From: the human T2T-CHM13v2.0 reference genome, Homo sapiens
Direction: 5' to 3' (one strand)
Length of the DNA stretch: 64,000 nucleotides
Assembly: GCF_009914755.1 (NCBI RefSeq)
Contig: NC_060927.1
Position numbers and translations under genes: made by a program. Positions 41,600 through 55,410 of the stretch are shown piece after piece. Every line of letters begins with the position of its first letter. Within the stretch, counting starts at the first letter, position 1. Below the pieces are notes generated by a model that worked only from the letters and a program-made list of their open reading frames with translations, did not search any database and was not told where the DNA came from.

Positions 41600-42390
41600 T
41601 CATTCAAAAAGTGCTATTAATCATTGTTGAAGTTGAATGTCTTATACATGAGGACCTATTAGACGATCTATATTTGTTTATATTTTAAAAAGTCCTGTTA
41701 AAAAAGTTTTGAGAAATTTCAAAAATACCAAAAGTTGCTACAGATATGATAAGACTCAATATATCTTCCTGGTAGCTGTGTAAAGTATGAACAAGTATTT
41801 CAGAAATAAACTTGGCAATATATGTAAATGCCATAAAGATACTGAGAGTCTTGAAATTCCACAGCCTTACTCCTTGGAGTTTAAGGTAAATAAATAATCT
41901 AAAACAAAAGAAAAACAAGAAAAAAATTGTATTATCTAAAATAGAAAAAATCTGAAAATAATTAAAATATTTTACATTACAAGTAAGCAAGAAAATTGTT
42001 TTACCTGAATGGAATATGTTTTGATGGTTCAAAATTAATCATGTATACAAATAAAAACATTTCTATAATATAATAATAAAAATCTACTTATCACTAAGTT
42101 TCATGAGGGTAGAGGTTATCTATTTTTGCTTTTTATTATATTCCTAAAGTCCAGCAAATTATTTGCTTATATTAGGTATTCAGTTAAAATGTATCAAATG
42201 AGCAAAAATTTTTACAAAAATGGTATAGTTAGATAAATCAGGAGTGGAAATAAATACAAAAAATAAAGAGAGATGATTTGTTAGCTTTTTGTTGGAGCTC
42301 TCAACTGATGGATTATTTTATACTTTTCCATTTATCTAGTTCTTATAGTTCTATTTGCATAATAAAATATTAAGGAAAATGATTTAGATG
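41600..42390 (+). mobile_element. Decayed L1ME-like 3' fragment
   Basis: aacttggcaatatatgtaaa...ccttactccttggagt; A-rich strand. Confidence 0.45.
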
Positions 42391-42944
42391 GTATATATAT
42401 ATATATATATATAGTGAGATTATTAGGACATTGGCCTTTAAAAGTAAGATCCTCTGGTTTGTAATTTGCATAAAATATTTGTTCATTCTGTGTGTATGGC
42501 ATTGCCCTGGGCTCCCAGGAAGGAAGCCATGGGACTTTGCTTCCGCCTCTCATTGACAAGGTGAGGGAGGTGGGCCTCTTAAACTCTACATGTCCTTTCA
42601 GCTTTTAAACTTACCAGATGATATGTTAGCTTGTGATTCATGTGGCAGTTGGAGTTGGATGCCAGCTCCTCTACACAACAGCTGTACGTCCGTAGGCAAA
42701 TCATTTTCTCCTCTTTGAATTGTTTTCTTCATTTGAAAAGACAATAGGAAGGATTAAATAAGATAAAGCATGGAAACACTGGATATGGTTCTTAGTACAT
42801 GGTGAGTATATAATAAATACCTGAAGGAGAAGCAGCATTTCACAGATTCTGCTACATATATAACAGAACATGCCCTTTTCCAGCAAGTCTCTTGCGTTGC
42901 CCTGTTCTACCTGGCAAGGACCCAGGCACCAAGGAGTGACGATG

Positions 42945-45900
42945 AAATCATATGGTTTTTCTTCTGTGGCTTATTGATATGGTAGACTGCATTGATTGAT
43001 TTTTTAATGCTGAACCAGCCTTGCATACCTAGAAGGAATCCCACATAGTCATGGTGTATAATTCTCTTTATATATTGTCAGATTTCATTTACAAATATGC
43101 GCTGAGGATTTTTTACGTAAACTAATAAGAGATATTGGTCTGTGGTTATTGTTTTGTGTACTGTCTTTGCTGGGTTTTAGTATCAGAGTAAAACGAGCTT
43201 TCATAAAATGAGTTGGGGAGTGCTTCCCTGTCTTCCACTTTCTAAAACAGGCAAAATTGGTATTAATTCTTATTTATATCTTTGGTAGAATTTCCCCATG
43301 AAGCCATCTGCACCTAAAAGTTCACTTTTTTTTTAGTTTTTAATTGCATATTTAATTTATTTGATAGTTATAGAACTGTTCAGTTTGTCTACTTAATCTT
43401 GATTGAGTTTAGGTAGTCTATGGCTTTCAGGGAATTGGTGTGTTTCTTTTCAGTTGCTGTATTTATGAGAATGAAGCTGTTGGTTGGTTGTTGTTCTATT
43501 TACCTATCTTTTAATGACCGCTGAATCTATAGCAATATAGTAAATTATTGATGTTGGTGATTTGGTATGTCTTTTCTATATGAGTTTTGTGATAATTCTA
43601 TCTATTTTATATTTTTTAAGAGCTGACCTTTTATTTCATTGATCTTTTTTCCTATAGATCTTTATTTTCGGTTCATTTGATTTCTGCTCTTAATATTTCT
43701 TCTGTGTGCTTTGGGTTTATTCTGTTCTTTTTCTCATTTCTTGAGGTAGCAACTCAGAGTATTATTTTGACAACTTTCCTCACTTTAATGTAGTCATTTA
43801 ATCATATAAATATCCCTCTCAGCTGGGCTTTAGCTGCATCCCACAAATTTTGATATGTTGTTGGTTTTCATTCACTTCCATGATATTTTTTTTCCTTGAG
43901 AATCTTCTTTAATTCATTAATTATTTACAAGTGTATTGTTTAATTGCTACACATTGAGAGATTTTCCTGTTTCCTGTTACTGATTTTTCTGTTTGATTTC
44001 ATTGCTGTTCTAGAGCACTCTGCATTATTTTATTTCTTTTAAATTTGATGAAGTATGTTTATGATAAACATGTTCTATCATGGTGAATGTTCTATGAGCA
44101 CTTGGGAAAAAATGTGTATGTTTCTCTTATTGGGTGAAGTATTCTGTATATGTCAATTACATCTTTTTGGTTGACTATATTGTTCATGTTGTTTATATTC
44201 TTGCTGAGTTGTGTCTAGTTGTTTAATACTGAACAGGAAATGTTGAACTCTTCAGCTGTAATTGTGGATTTGTCTATTATTCTTTTCAGCTCCATTGGTG
44301 TTTATTTCATGTATTCTGAGGTTCTGTGTTTTAGTGAATACACATTTAAGATCATAATGTTTCTTGGTTGATTGATCCTTTTTTTTTCTCATTATTGTAA
44401 CATTTTTCTGTGTCTCTAGTAATTGCCTTTGCTCTGAAGTCCATTTTATCAAATATTAATATAGCCACTCTTGCTGTTTTTAAAAAATAATGTTTACATG
44501 GTATATCTTTTTGCATCTTGTTTACCTTCAACCTAACTAGTAAGTTGAATTTGAAGTGAGTTTCCATTTTTTAAGTAGCATATAAGTGGGTCATATTTTT
44601 TATCCATTTTACTAAGCTCTGTTTTTTGATTGGCATATTTAGACCATTTAAATTTCAGGTAATTAATATATTAGTGCTTTATTCTGCCATTTTATTATGT
44701 ATTTATAGTTTTCTCTGGTACTTGCTCTTTTGTTTCTTTTATGTCATCCTTTGTGTTGCTTGAACATTTTTTAGGATTCCATCTTGATTTATTTACAGTG
44801 TTTGTGAGTGTATCTGTATTTCTCATAATAGTTGTTCTGGGTATTAAAATATATGTACATGACCTTTAATAGTCTACTAAAGTCTACATTTTATTATTTT
44901 TGTGAAACTTGGAAACCTTCCATTTAGGTCCCTTTCTTTTCTCCACTTTAAATATCATTATCTTGGGTGTCAGATGGTGTTACCATTTTGTCTCAGTCAT
45001 CAAATGTGATTTAGAAACTTATGATAAAAATGATAGACTATTTTATGTGCCCATATTTCTACTTTGTTGTTACTTATTTCCTGATGCTCCAAGATTCCTT
45101 CTTTTGTTATTTCCTTTCTGTTTAAAGAGCTCTCTTTCAGAGATATACTAGCAATACATTATTATTATTATTTGTCTTAGAAGGTTTCCATGTCTCCTTT
45201 ATCCTTGAAGGGTAGTTGCGCTGGATATAGACTTTACAGTGAGCAGTTATCTTCTTTCAGAACTTGAAAAGTGTTGTCCTTCTAGCCTGTGTGGTTTCAA
45301 TGAGGAAATATACTGTCAAGTAAATTGATGTTCCCTACAGGTTGCATCATTTATCTTTGCTTTCAAGATACTTCCTTTATTAGTTTTCAGAAGTTTAATT
45401 GTGGTATATCTTCACATGTTTCTTTAGATTTATCCTTTTGGAGATTAGTTCAGCTTCTTTAGCCTATAGGTTTGTGTCTGTAAAATTTGGAAAGTGTCCA
45501 GCCATTATTTCTTGTACTACCCTTTAGCTTCACTCTCTTTCTCTTCTCCTTCTGGGATTCTGATAATACAAATATTGAATCTTTTGTTATTACACAGGTG
45601 ACTGAAGCTCTCTTCGTTTTTATCAGTCTGTTGTCTGTTTTTACATTAGGTAAGTTCTGATGTGTCCTCTGCTTTACAGATTCTAATCTCTGTCATCTAT
45701 ACTCTTGAGCCCATCCAGCCAATATTTTTATTGTTATCATTGTAATTTTAAGCAATATTGTTTTCACTGGGTTCTTTTTCATAATATTATTTCCCTTGAT
45801 GAAAGTCTGCAGTTTGTTCATTTGTCCAAGAGAACTCATAATTAATTGTTAAATCATTTTTATGATGGCTGTTTTAAAACCTTGGTCAAATAATTCCAAC

Positions 45901-46950
45901 ATCTGATTTGTTTCAGTATTGGCATCAGTTGGTTATCTTTTCTCAATCAAGTTGTGATTTTCTTGGTTCTTAGTATGACAGGTGATTTTCACTTGCATCC
46001 TTGAAATTTTATTTATTGTGTTAGGAGGCATTGTGTCTTACATATATGTTTTATTTTAGCAGGAGGTAGCCACTGTTAAAATTTGGCATGTGGGTGTTGG
46101 CCTGCTTCTGTGGACTGCCATTCCAATGGCAGTTTAATTTCTGGAGTCTTTGCAGAGCTATTTTTGCTAGGTTTGTTTATAAGTTGCTGCTCAGGCTCCC
46201 ATGGGTTCCTGATGGTGCTACCCAAGAGAGGAGAAGAGCAGTTTCCCAGGTCAGCCTGCTTGGTGGAGGAGCACTGTGGTGGTATCTTCCTATTTCTCCT
46301 CAAACCCTGGTTTCTCTAGGTAATGGATGAAAGAAATACAACAGTCATGGGCCTGCAGGGACAAAGAAGTTAAAAGAGGCTCAGGGACAAAGGGGCCAGG
46401 CTTCTTGCTATTGCTGGGCCCCTCACTCACCCTTCTTAGTGTCCCTGGATTAGGGAGAAAAGGCTCAGACCCGTGGTGACAAAGAGGCTTCCTGGACCAA
46501 ACTCTTGCTACAGCTGGGTCTCTCTTACTGGTTTGGCCTTCCCTGCCCATCTCAGTATCTCTCAAGAGAAAAAAAGAATCTCAGGGCCAGCAAGGAAAAA
46601 AAGTCCCTCTCCCGATTGCTTATTTCTGATGTGATTCCCAGTAGGTCTTCCTTGAAAGATGTTAGTCTCACTTGATGTTGTCAGAGGGATTCCTGCATGA
46701 GGAAAGCATAAACCTACCTTGAACGTCTTCTGTTGCTAGGTTGTGAGTCTAGACATACTGAGTCTGGGTCACCTTCTGTTGGATAGGGGAACACAAGTAG
46801 CCTGCCCTTTGGCTGTTCCTCTAGTCCTTGGTTCCCAAAACAGATCACCTTCTTTTACCACCCTTTAAAGTTATTTGATTGCACCTCCTGAAGGGTTTAT
46901 AGCTGTGCTTAATGAGGAAGACCTGAGAAAAATGGGTCTATGTCCACTTG
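42945..46950 (-). mobile_element. Old L1M 5' portion: 5'UTR-like region, ORF1, ORF2 endonuclease and following region; decayed
   Basis: ORF 44352-44567(-) LKVNK...KTARVAILIFDKMDFRAKAITRD...KGSINQE aligns to L1 EN KKAGVAILVSDKTDFKPTKIKRD...KGSIQQE; also tgaaccagccttgcatacc. Confidence 0.85.
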
Positions 46951-47199
46951 TCCAGAGAGAAAGTATAAAACATATTTTTATGGCCACCTTTTTCCTCTAT
47001 CAAGTGATGCCCAATATTTTATCCATGAAACTCATCCTGCGTCCCTCTTATCAGTAGTAGAATGTGGAAGCTTCTGGGCAGAGACCTGTAAGCAGCTGAT
47101 GTGTATATTGTGGGGAGGTGGTCTGACCTTTAATCTTGTACTCAAAAGTCAGCAGTGCTAAAGTATCTCTCCATAGACCATGTATTCATTGCATGAGTA

Positions 47200-47950
47200 A
47201 AACATCATCTACCTAGTGAAGAAACCCAACAACATCTTGACTCAGTTATCATTATCAATGGGGACAACTAGACACTGTGAGCCTCTGGACATGATATGCT
47301 GAGAATACCTGCATAGTGCTCTGATCAGGAATGCTTAATTGTAATCTTATCATCAGAAAACACTAGAACAAAGTCAAAATGAGGGACAAATGATTCTTTT
47401 AGACATGAGCCTATATATTTTTTAAAAAATGATGTCATAAAAAAACACAAACAAGCTGAGAAACTTTTCCTGAGTGAAAGAGACTGAAGAGGCATGACAT
47501 CTAAAAGCAAAACACAGTCCTGGATTAGATCTTATAATGAAAAAAATTGCTAAGAAGTACATCATTGCATTATTGGGACAAATAAAATATTCGTAACATG
47601 GAAGTAGATTAACATGGAGTGTCACTGTTGAAGTTTCTGATTTAGTAACTTTACTGTGGTTATATAATAGAATGCCCTTGTTTCCAAGAAAAATACACTG
47701 AAATATAAAGGGATAAAGAGAAGCAACTGCATCGAATTAAGAAAAATATAATTATAGATATAAAAATATATAGATATAGATGTATGTGTGTGTGATTATA
47801 CCCACACACACTCAGAAAGAGACAGAGAAGGAGAATGTGTTAAAAAATGTGACAAAATGTTAATTGGTGAAAGGATATATGAAGTTTTCTGTATTATTTT
47901 TGCAACTTTTATGTAAGTTTTAAAATATCGAAAAATAAAAATTAAAGAAT
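47200..47950 (+). mobile_element. L1MC/L1ME-type 3' UTR fragment
   Basis: caaaatgagggaca, gagactgaagaggcatgaca, tcctggattagatc, tttttgcaacttttatgtaagttt, A-rich end. Confidence 0.75.
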
Positions 47951-48719
47951 AAAAATAGGGTTAATACTAATACATCTATTCTCATAGATACTATAGAAAA
48001 ATCTAGGAATAGGAATTCTGGCCCTTGCTTTGTCCACTTAAGATTTACCAGCCACTAGAGAAGGCCATCAGGTTCTTTAGAACTTGTGGCCATGTCTAGC
48101 ATGGTCATGAAGTGGCTCTCTTGGTCATGAAGTGGCCATCATGATTAGGGCCAGGCTTTGGAAGTCTGAGAGCCCTGGATAGGGATATGAGCTACTTTCA
48201 GTCATGTGTAAACCTACAATTTATGTCACCTCAATAAATAAGCAGTGAGATGTTTTAGAGGTGACCACATCACAGCCAAGCTGTCACATTAGGCCATGAC
48301 TAAAAGTGGCAACGTTTCCCATGGGGTTTTGGAAACCACATATACTTCTCTCATGGAGTATAAGCCCACCCATTATGTTCCATGAATTCTTCCTTCCATG
48401 ATCAAAAGCAACTGGTTTTGATCCTAGAATTATCTAGATTTACTACAGTCTCTACCAACATGGGAGGTTTCAGTGCGTGGCTCGATTTATTTATTTTTTC
48501 TCTCAGATTTATGTTTTCTTACAGATTACATGTTAGCACTTCCACTTTGCAAAGAATGTCTGCATGTTCTTTTTCATGTAATTCTTTTGTGCCCTTTAAT
48601 AAGAAGAGATAGGAGAGTTGGGTGTCTGGCATATACATGAGCCTCATTTGTATAATTAAATAGAGATAATCTCACTCTTGGTATCTCTAAGAAAAGAGCA
48701 TAAATTTGAAATCAGTCAC

Positions 48720-48920
48720 TGATTCTTGAATTTAAGTCCTATCTTCACCATTTATTAGCTCTGTAGCCTGGGCAAAGGTTTAACTTTTCTGAGCCTCAGT
48801 TTCCTCTCATGCATAATGAAAATACTAATGCCCATATCACAGGGTGACTGTAAAGATTAAAGATCATATATTTAAAATTGTGGGATGTGATAGGAACTCA
48901 ACAGATATTACTAACAATCA
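48720..48920 (+). mobile_element. MIR
   Basis: ctgagcctcagtttcctctcatgcataatg. Confidence 0.75.
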
Positions 48921-49899
48921 ATAATAATTGTATTATTGATTCTTCTTCCAGGAAGTCCAATCTTTTGAAAACAATCAATAAGGAAATTTTGTTCAAAGAA
49001 CTTTTCTAATTCCATTAGTCCCAGATTTCCTCATCATGTAGTTTCTTCAACACAAAAGAAGTATCCTCTCTTCAAGTATATACAAAAATAGCCTGTTGGG
49101 GTTCTATAGCTTGCTCAGAGAAAATATTTCCCTAGCATTTCCCACAAGTAAACCTTGCCTCCCTTTTTTTTTATTATCGAAGTCCCCACAGATAATTGTT
49201 TGTCCACTAGAGAAGTTAATGTATGAAAGTGACTTATTGAATGACCTCTCCCAAGGGGCAATAGCCTGCAATGCATTTACCCTACAGGGTTTAGAGTTGG
49301 GGACAGTAATTTGGGTTGGGCACAGTAATTTGGGTTGGGCAATGTTTTAAAAGCCGATTGTGCCATGTGGCTGACACTCAACTTACAAGTAGACTGGACC
49401 CTCATTCACGACTGTCCTTGAGAAGCATGAACATTGTTTCTTGTTAAGCAAAATACCTTAGTTTAGCTCTTGTGTTCTAATAATTAGGAGTGTGAGCTCT
49501 GAGGCCAGATTCCCTAGGGTGGAATCCGGATTCTGGTATTTCACATTTGGTTGATATTAGGTTGATGGGACATGATGAGGATTTAAAGATTCAGTGTACA
49601 TAAAGCACTTGATCAGTGTGTGTGACCAGCAGTAGATTCTCAGTGTTTTTAACATAAATTTCTTTTATGAAACTGTATCTCTAGAAGGCATTTGAGACAT
49701 CGCCTAGTTCAGTGGTTTCAAACATTTCCTTTTAGCTATAAGAAGTTTTTTGCCCCATATAAAAATGTATATAAAATTTCAATCTGTAAAAGAGACCTGT
49801 TCTGATTAACTTAAAGCGGATGAGGCCAGAGCCCTCCACTTGCTGTTGTCCTTGGCTGCCTCCTTCCACTGGGGTGAATGCAGAGTCATCTGTGCAGAG

Positions 49900-50400
49900 T
49901 TGCTGCAATCTGGTTATTTATTGCTATGTAACAAATAATGGGAAAACAGTGACTGGGAACACTAAAAATTGCTGATTTTGCCCTAAATTTGGGAGTTGAC
50001 TAGGCTCTGCTAGGCAGTTCTTGCTCAGATTTTGCCACGTAGTTGCAATCACTTGGTGGCTGGGACTGGAGATCTCAAAGGCTTCTTTGCTCCATGTCTG
50101 TCTAGATGGGAAGAACGGGGATGCCTTGGATATCTCTAACTTCCCATAGATAGTCTTTCTGCATGGTGGCCTCAAAATCTCTGGGCTTCTTTTCTGGCAC
50201 TTGCAGGCACCCAGAAAGTGTCCCAGCAGAAACCAGCAGAAGATTCAGGCCTTTCCTAACCTAGCCTTGGGAGATACATGGAGTTTCCACAATGTTCTGT
50301 TCCTCTGGGTAGTCTCAAAGGCCCACCCAGTTTTAAACGGAGGTGGCACAGATACTGCCTCCTGATAGTCAATGAATTTGCAGACCTTTACAAAACCATC
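49900..50400 (-). mobile_element. MLT1H-like solo LTR
   Basis: tattgctatgtaacaaa...ggctctgctaggcagttcttgc...caaaggcccacccag. Confidence 0.6.
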
Positions 50401-50739
50401 AAACGCTGTAATCTAGAGATCCCTGATGGAGTAACTTCATTTATAATGCTTAATGATGATAATGCTGCTGACATCAATAAAAGCTAATGTTTACTTGGAG
50501 ATTACTTTCTGGTAGGCTCTATTTTAAATGCTTTACATGTTTATTCTCACAAAATTCTCTGAGTAGGGACTTATTTTCAGATGAGGAAACTGGGTCACGG
50601 AAGATGAAAATGCTTCCAGATTACACAGAGTATAAAGGCAGAGTTGGCAATTAAAGTTCAACTCTTGAACACTCCCAAGATAAAACTGTTGAAGTGGAAA
50701 AAGCAGTGATCCAGCAAAAACCTCACAGTTTAATTGTAG

Positions 50740-51038
<299 letters not shown>

Positions 51039-51624
51039 GACACCATTCTTTCTAATTCTCCTCCACCATAGCATCTTTTTGTCTTTAACTCTACATTATT
51101 ACTTATGAGCTATTTTTCCAAATTTGTTTTGACATACCAGGTTAAGGTATCTTCTTGAATTCACTATGAAGCTCATAAAAGCTCTTGTCTCTTTGGTTTT
51201 TAGCTTCCTTTTGGTCCACTGTATATAAAATAGTCTATTGCATCAAATGCATTCTATTCATATATCAACCATCATCAAATTTGGAAGAAAATTATTTTTG
51301 TTTGAGATGTATTAGAGGTGTCATCCCCTTCAATGATGATAAGAATTCAGAGTCGGTGTTTGCTTCACAATGCATTGCCCTAAGCTGTAGCTTTCTTTAC
51401 TTGGAATTCCAAATTCAGCTCTTCTGCCAGAGGGCCAGTTTCTTCAACTTGGTCTGCAGGAAAAGATCTTGAAGGAGCATTGAACCTGACCTTATCCAGT
51501 CATCTCCATTCCTAATGGTTTGGTTGCCCAGAGGCCTGGAGGGAGCTTCATGTGATATTGGATGATACTGATTAAATTTGTTTATCTAGCTCATGAACAC
51601 TTGAAATCCAACTATGATGGATTG

Positions 51625-52050
51625 GATTGTTGTTTGTCAAATCTTCACTCACATCCCTCAGCCCCTTGGGCAGATGTACTTCACTTCCTGCTGACATGAG
51701 TTGAGCCACATGACTTCTTTTGGTCAGTGAACCTTTATCAAGCATGACTAGGGCAGAGGCATAGTTTGGCTGAAGTCTACTCTCCTGACATTCACCATGT
51801 GACAGACGTGCACTGGGGATACAAGGAGGATGAGAAATACTTGGTACAGACTCAAGCCCAGGCTGCAGCCTACTTCCGAATCCAGATATCCCACATCATG
51901 AAGCAGTTGTCCTGCTGAGCAACCTGCCTCAACCAAATCAGTCAAACTGCAGATCTGTGAGGGTGAGAAGAAATGTTCATCTATGCAAGACACTGAGGAT
52001 TTTAGGCTTTTATTGCACAGTATCAATGAAGTAAAAAGATAACTAATGTA
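51625..52050 (+). mobile_element. MLT1I/J-like LTR
   Basis: ttgagccacatgacttctttttggtca...gagaagaaatg...ataactaat. Confidence 0.55.
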
Positions 52051-53553
52051 ACAGCTGATCTTTATTGACTATATAGAGTGTTGACTTTATTATTGAGTAC
52101 CTAAAATATAATGCCAGATACTGTCTAAGCATGTTCCATGCATTACTTCTTCTGATTCTAAAACAAGCCCATAAAGTAGATAATATCATTATCCTCATTT
52201 CAGAGGCTTAAGTTTTTGCCTCTGATGAAAATGATTCAAATAATTTATCAAAACTCACCCTTTTGAACATGGCACAAAAGTGGAATTTGGATATTCTTAT
52301 TAAGATCAGAAAAGCAGGTGTTTCTGAAATTCTTGAGGAACACTTGCAGCTTCTGCTTTTTAAGAATTTATTTTGCCATTGTCATGTAGGCATGACATGA
52401 TTAAGGCTGCCATTTATTGACTACGTGAGTCAGACTCTATGCTTTGATCATGACATTTAATGGACAATAGCCATCTGAGTTTGGCACTAGTTTTATCAGC
52501 TTATATTATAGACGGACAGCTGAGGTTTGGAGAGGTTAGCCTATGTGTTTAAGGTCACACAGATTGCAGCTGATTCATCTAGAATTCTAACACAGGACTT
52601 GACTTCTTATCGACTACACTAAGCTACCTATTATGGTACTTATTTCTTTGCTGCACAATTTACCATGATTCCTATAGGTTGTTCATAACCATTTTCTTTG
52701 TAGGAAGCATATATTTCATATTTGAGCTATTTGAACAGCTTTTGCAATTACAGATTGATACAAGGCACTATGTTCAAGGCACTGTGCAATGCAATGGAAA
52801 TAAACAATTGGAAACAGTTTGGAACTGAGTGTCAGAAAATCCAGGTTCTGCTGTCCCACAGTCATACAGCATAAGAGCATAAGGGATGTCATATAAAACC
52901 TGCAGTTGAGTTTTCTATCCTACGCAAGAATTTATTGCCTCATTTGATGGATAATGCAGCCTTACATAGTGGTTCTTTTTCACTTTGTAAAAAAAGTTGG
53001 CTTTGGACTCAATCAAAACTGGACTGAAATTCTGGCCCTTCTGCCTGCTGCATATAAATTTCACTTAGCTATGTCACCTTGCTAAGCTTCACTATCCTTA
53101 TCTATAAAATCCTAAGTGTAGAACTAACATCGCACTCTTGCAGAGCAGAGGGTGAAATGTATTAAAGCCCTCATCTCAGTGACTGCCACAATAAACAGTC
53201 AATAAGTCATATAACAACAACAACTCTTAAAAGGAATTGTGTCCAGTTCCCTCAACATTATGTTCATTTATATTTGGATATATTCCTGTTTTAATATATT
53301 ACTCCTAAAAATATCACACTTAGAATTGAACACCTTCTTCTAGTTGATTTTCAATACCAGTTGAAAGTACACAAGACACAAAATAAGTCTGTTTTCTCTC
53401 CCTAGGTCTCAGTTTCCTAACATTAAAATGAGACATTTGGGTATCAGAAACTTTTGATTTCTTCCAAGTCTAAGAACAAAATCAATAGCAAAACTGGCAA
53501 AAAAAATAAAAGCATAATTCGAAGATGAAAAATCTGGGCAAATGTTAATTCTC

Positions 53554-53592
53554 GTGTGTGTGTGTATGTGTGTGTGTGCACACACACGCACA
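53554..53592. repeat. (TG)n followed by (CA)n alternating purine-pyrimidine tract
   Basis: Read directly from the sequence. Confidence 0.9.
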
Positions 53593-55410
53593 GATGTATG
53601 ATTGCCCTACTTAATAGATTCACTATTTTTTCTGTCCCACAGAATGTTCTGTGTGTTCTGTGTCCTGAGAAACTCAGAGAAAATGGATTGTAATTTGGCA
53701 ATTAACCAGCATACACTAAAATCCTTCTCTACTGGTCAATAAGTAGCTACTGTTTCCTAAGTGGATGAGGATATTAGTGATAATAGGTTGTAGTTTATGT
53801 TGTTGCTGTTGTTTGCATATTCATCAACATCATTTTAATTCTAACGCAACCCTGAAGAGTGATAAATTCCATTTTACAGATAAGAAACTGTGAGTCCAAG
53901 TGCCTAGATGATTTCCATTGAGTTTTAAAATGTGACTTAGGAATCTCAGTTTAAATTTCTGCCCCACTTCTTTGCGTATACAATAGACTTAGTAATAACT
54001 TATACATGTAATTTGCTCTATGGGATATGACTGTCCCTGTCACTATACTGTGTCTACTTACAATCACAAGGAGCGCCTAGAAAGCTGGGCAGAGGAAAAC
54101 CATATAGGATGATGTGATTGCTTCCCCAGCAGCAAGAAAATCCCCCATATCAGTATTTCTGGCAAAATCACATGTTCTAAAGGATTTCAAAATTTATTGA
54201 AAATTAAAAATTCCTGATAAAAGAGAGACCAGATAATGTTTCTCCTCTTTGTTTTCCTCTGTCATATCTCTCCTTTCCAGATTCTTAGTGTCATGGGAAC
54301 AAGTCCAGGGAATGGCTCTTTTCTAGATGACAGTGACCTTTCCACCAAGAGAATAAAATGTGCACGCACATGCACACACACACACACTTTCTCAGGATTT
54401 GCCTGAGTCCTCCTTATGTATCACATCAAATGCAATATATTTCAGTTCTTTTGACTTCTAGGATTATTCCAGGCAGATTGCATACCCACTATTTGGCACT
54501 TCTCTGGTGATTATTCCTTCTTTTCAAATCGATTCTGCTGAAAACAGTATCTTCTAATCATTCACTACAGAGTGGATCGCCCACTCTGTACATGCACTGT
54601 CTGTAGATGGTGCTAATGTGGTGTATGATAGATGATTACTTCTGTATGTTAGAAGGGATTGGAAATGTCGGCATGTTTGTCACTGTTGTTTTTTAAATCC
54701 TCTGAAGTCAATTGCTAATTATAAAAGCTTGTAACTTTAGGGACTTAACCAATAACTCCAATTGAACTGTCAGCTTTTTCAGGCCAGACGAGATATATAA
54801 AGATTTTCATCCTAATTGCTTTAATTAATGAATGCAGAGCTAAGGCAACTTATAGGTCAAAATGCTGCAACATTGTTATAGCATTATTGCCTCACATGCT
54901 ACCAAACTAACAATAATCTGTTCTCTGTGGATGGACACTGGGAATATCAACAGATGCACTTTTATAGAATACCTACCCATGTACCTAATATATGAGAATA
55001 TAAACAAAATATCTGACATGTTTGCAACTCTGAAAAGATTTAAAATTATCTTGGGTAACAAGCCTCAAATGTATGAAAAAAAGTTGAGACTCAATAAAAA
55101 ATTTTGTGGTATAATACTTTTAGAGAAAGATAATATCATTTTTGGAGTAGGATTACCTCATAAGGATTTTATTATCACAAGTGACTGAGAAGAACGAGAA
55201 TAAGGAGAGACCAGGGCACATTAATAGGTCAGATGGCTGAACCACTTTTCTTGAAATTGCCAAGCTTTTTCCTGCTTCTTTGTACTTCTTCTTCCCTCTA
55301 GGTAGCATATTCATGCCTCAGTTCTCCAATCAGCTGCGTCCTTCTCTTTAGATAGATCTGAGCTCTAAGATTATACTCCCCCATCTTAGAGTAATTCCTC
55401 TATCAACATA

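Noticed and set aside
42945-47950. Antisense L1 5' part next to a sense L1 3' UTR as a twin-priming inversion
   Set aside because: Several kb of ORF2 are missing between the pieces and no TSD is visible; independent insertions are simpler.
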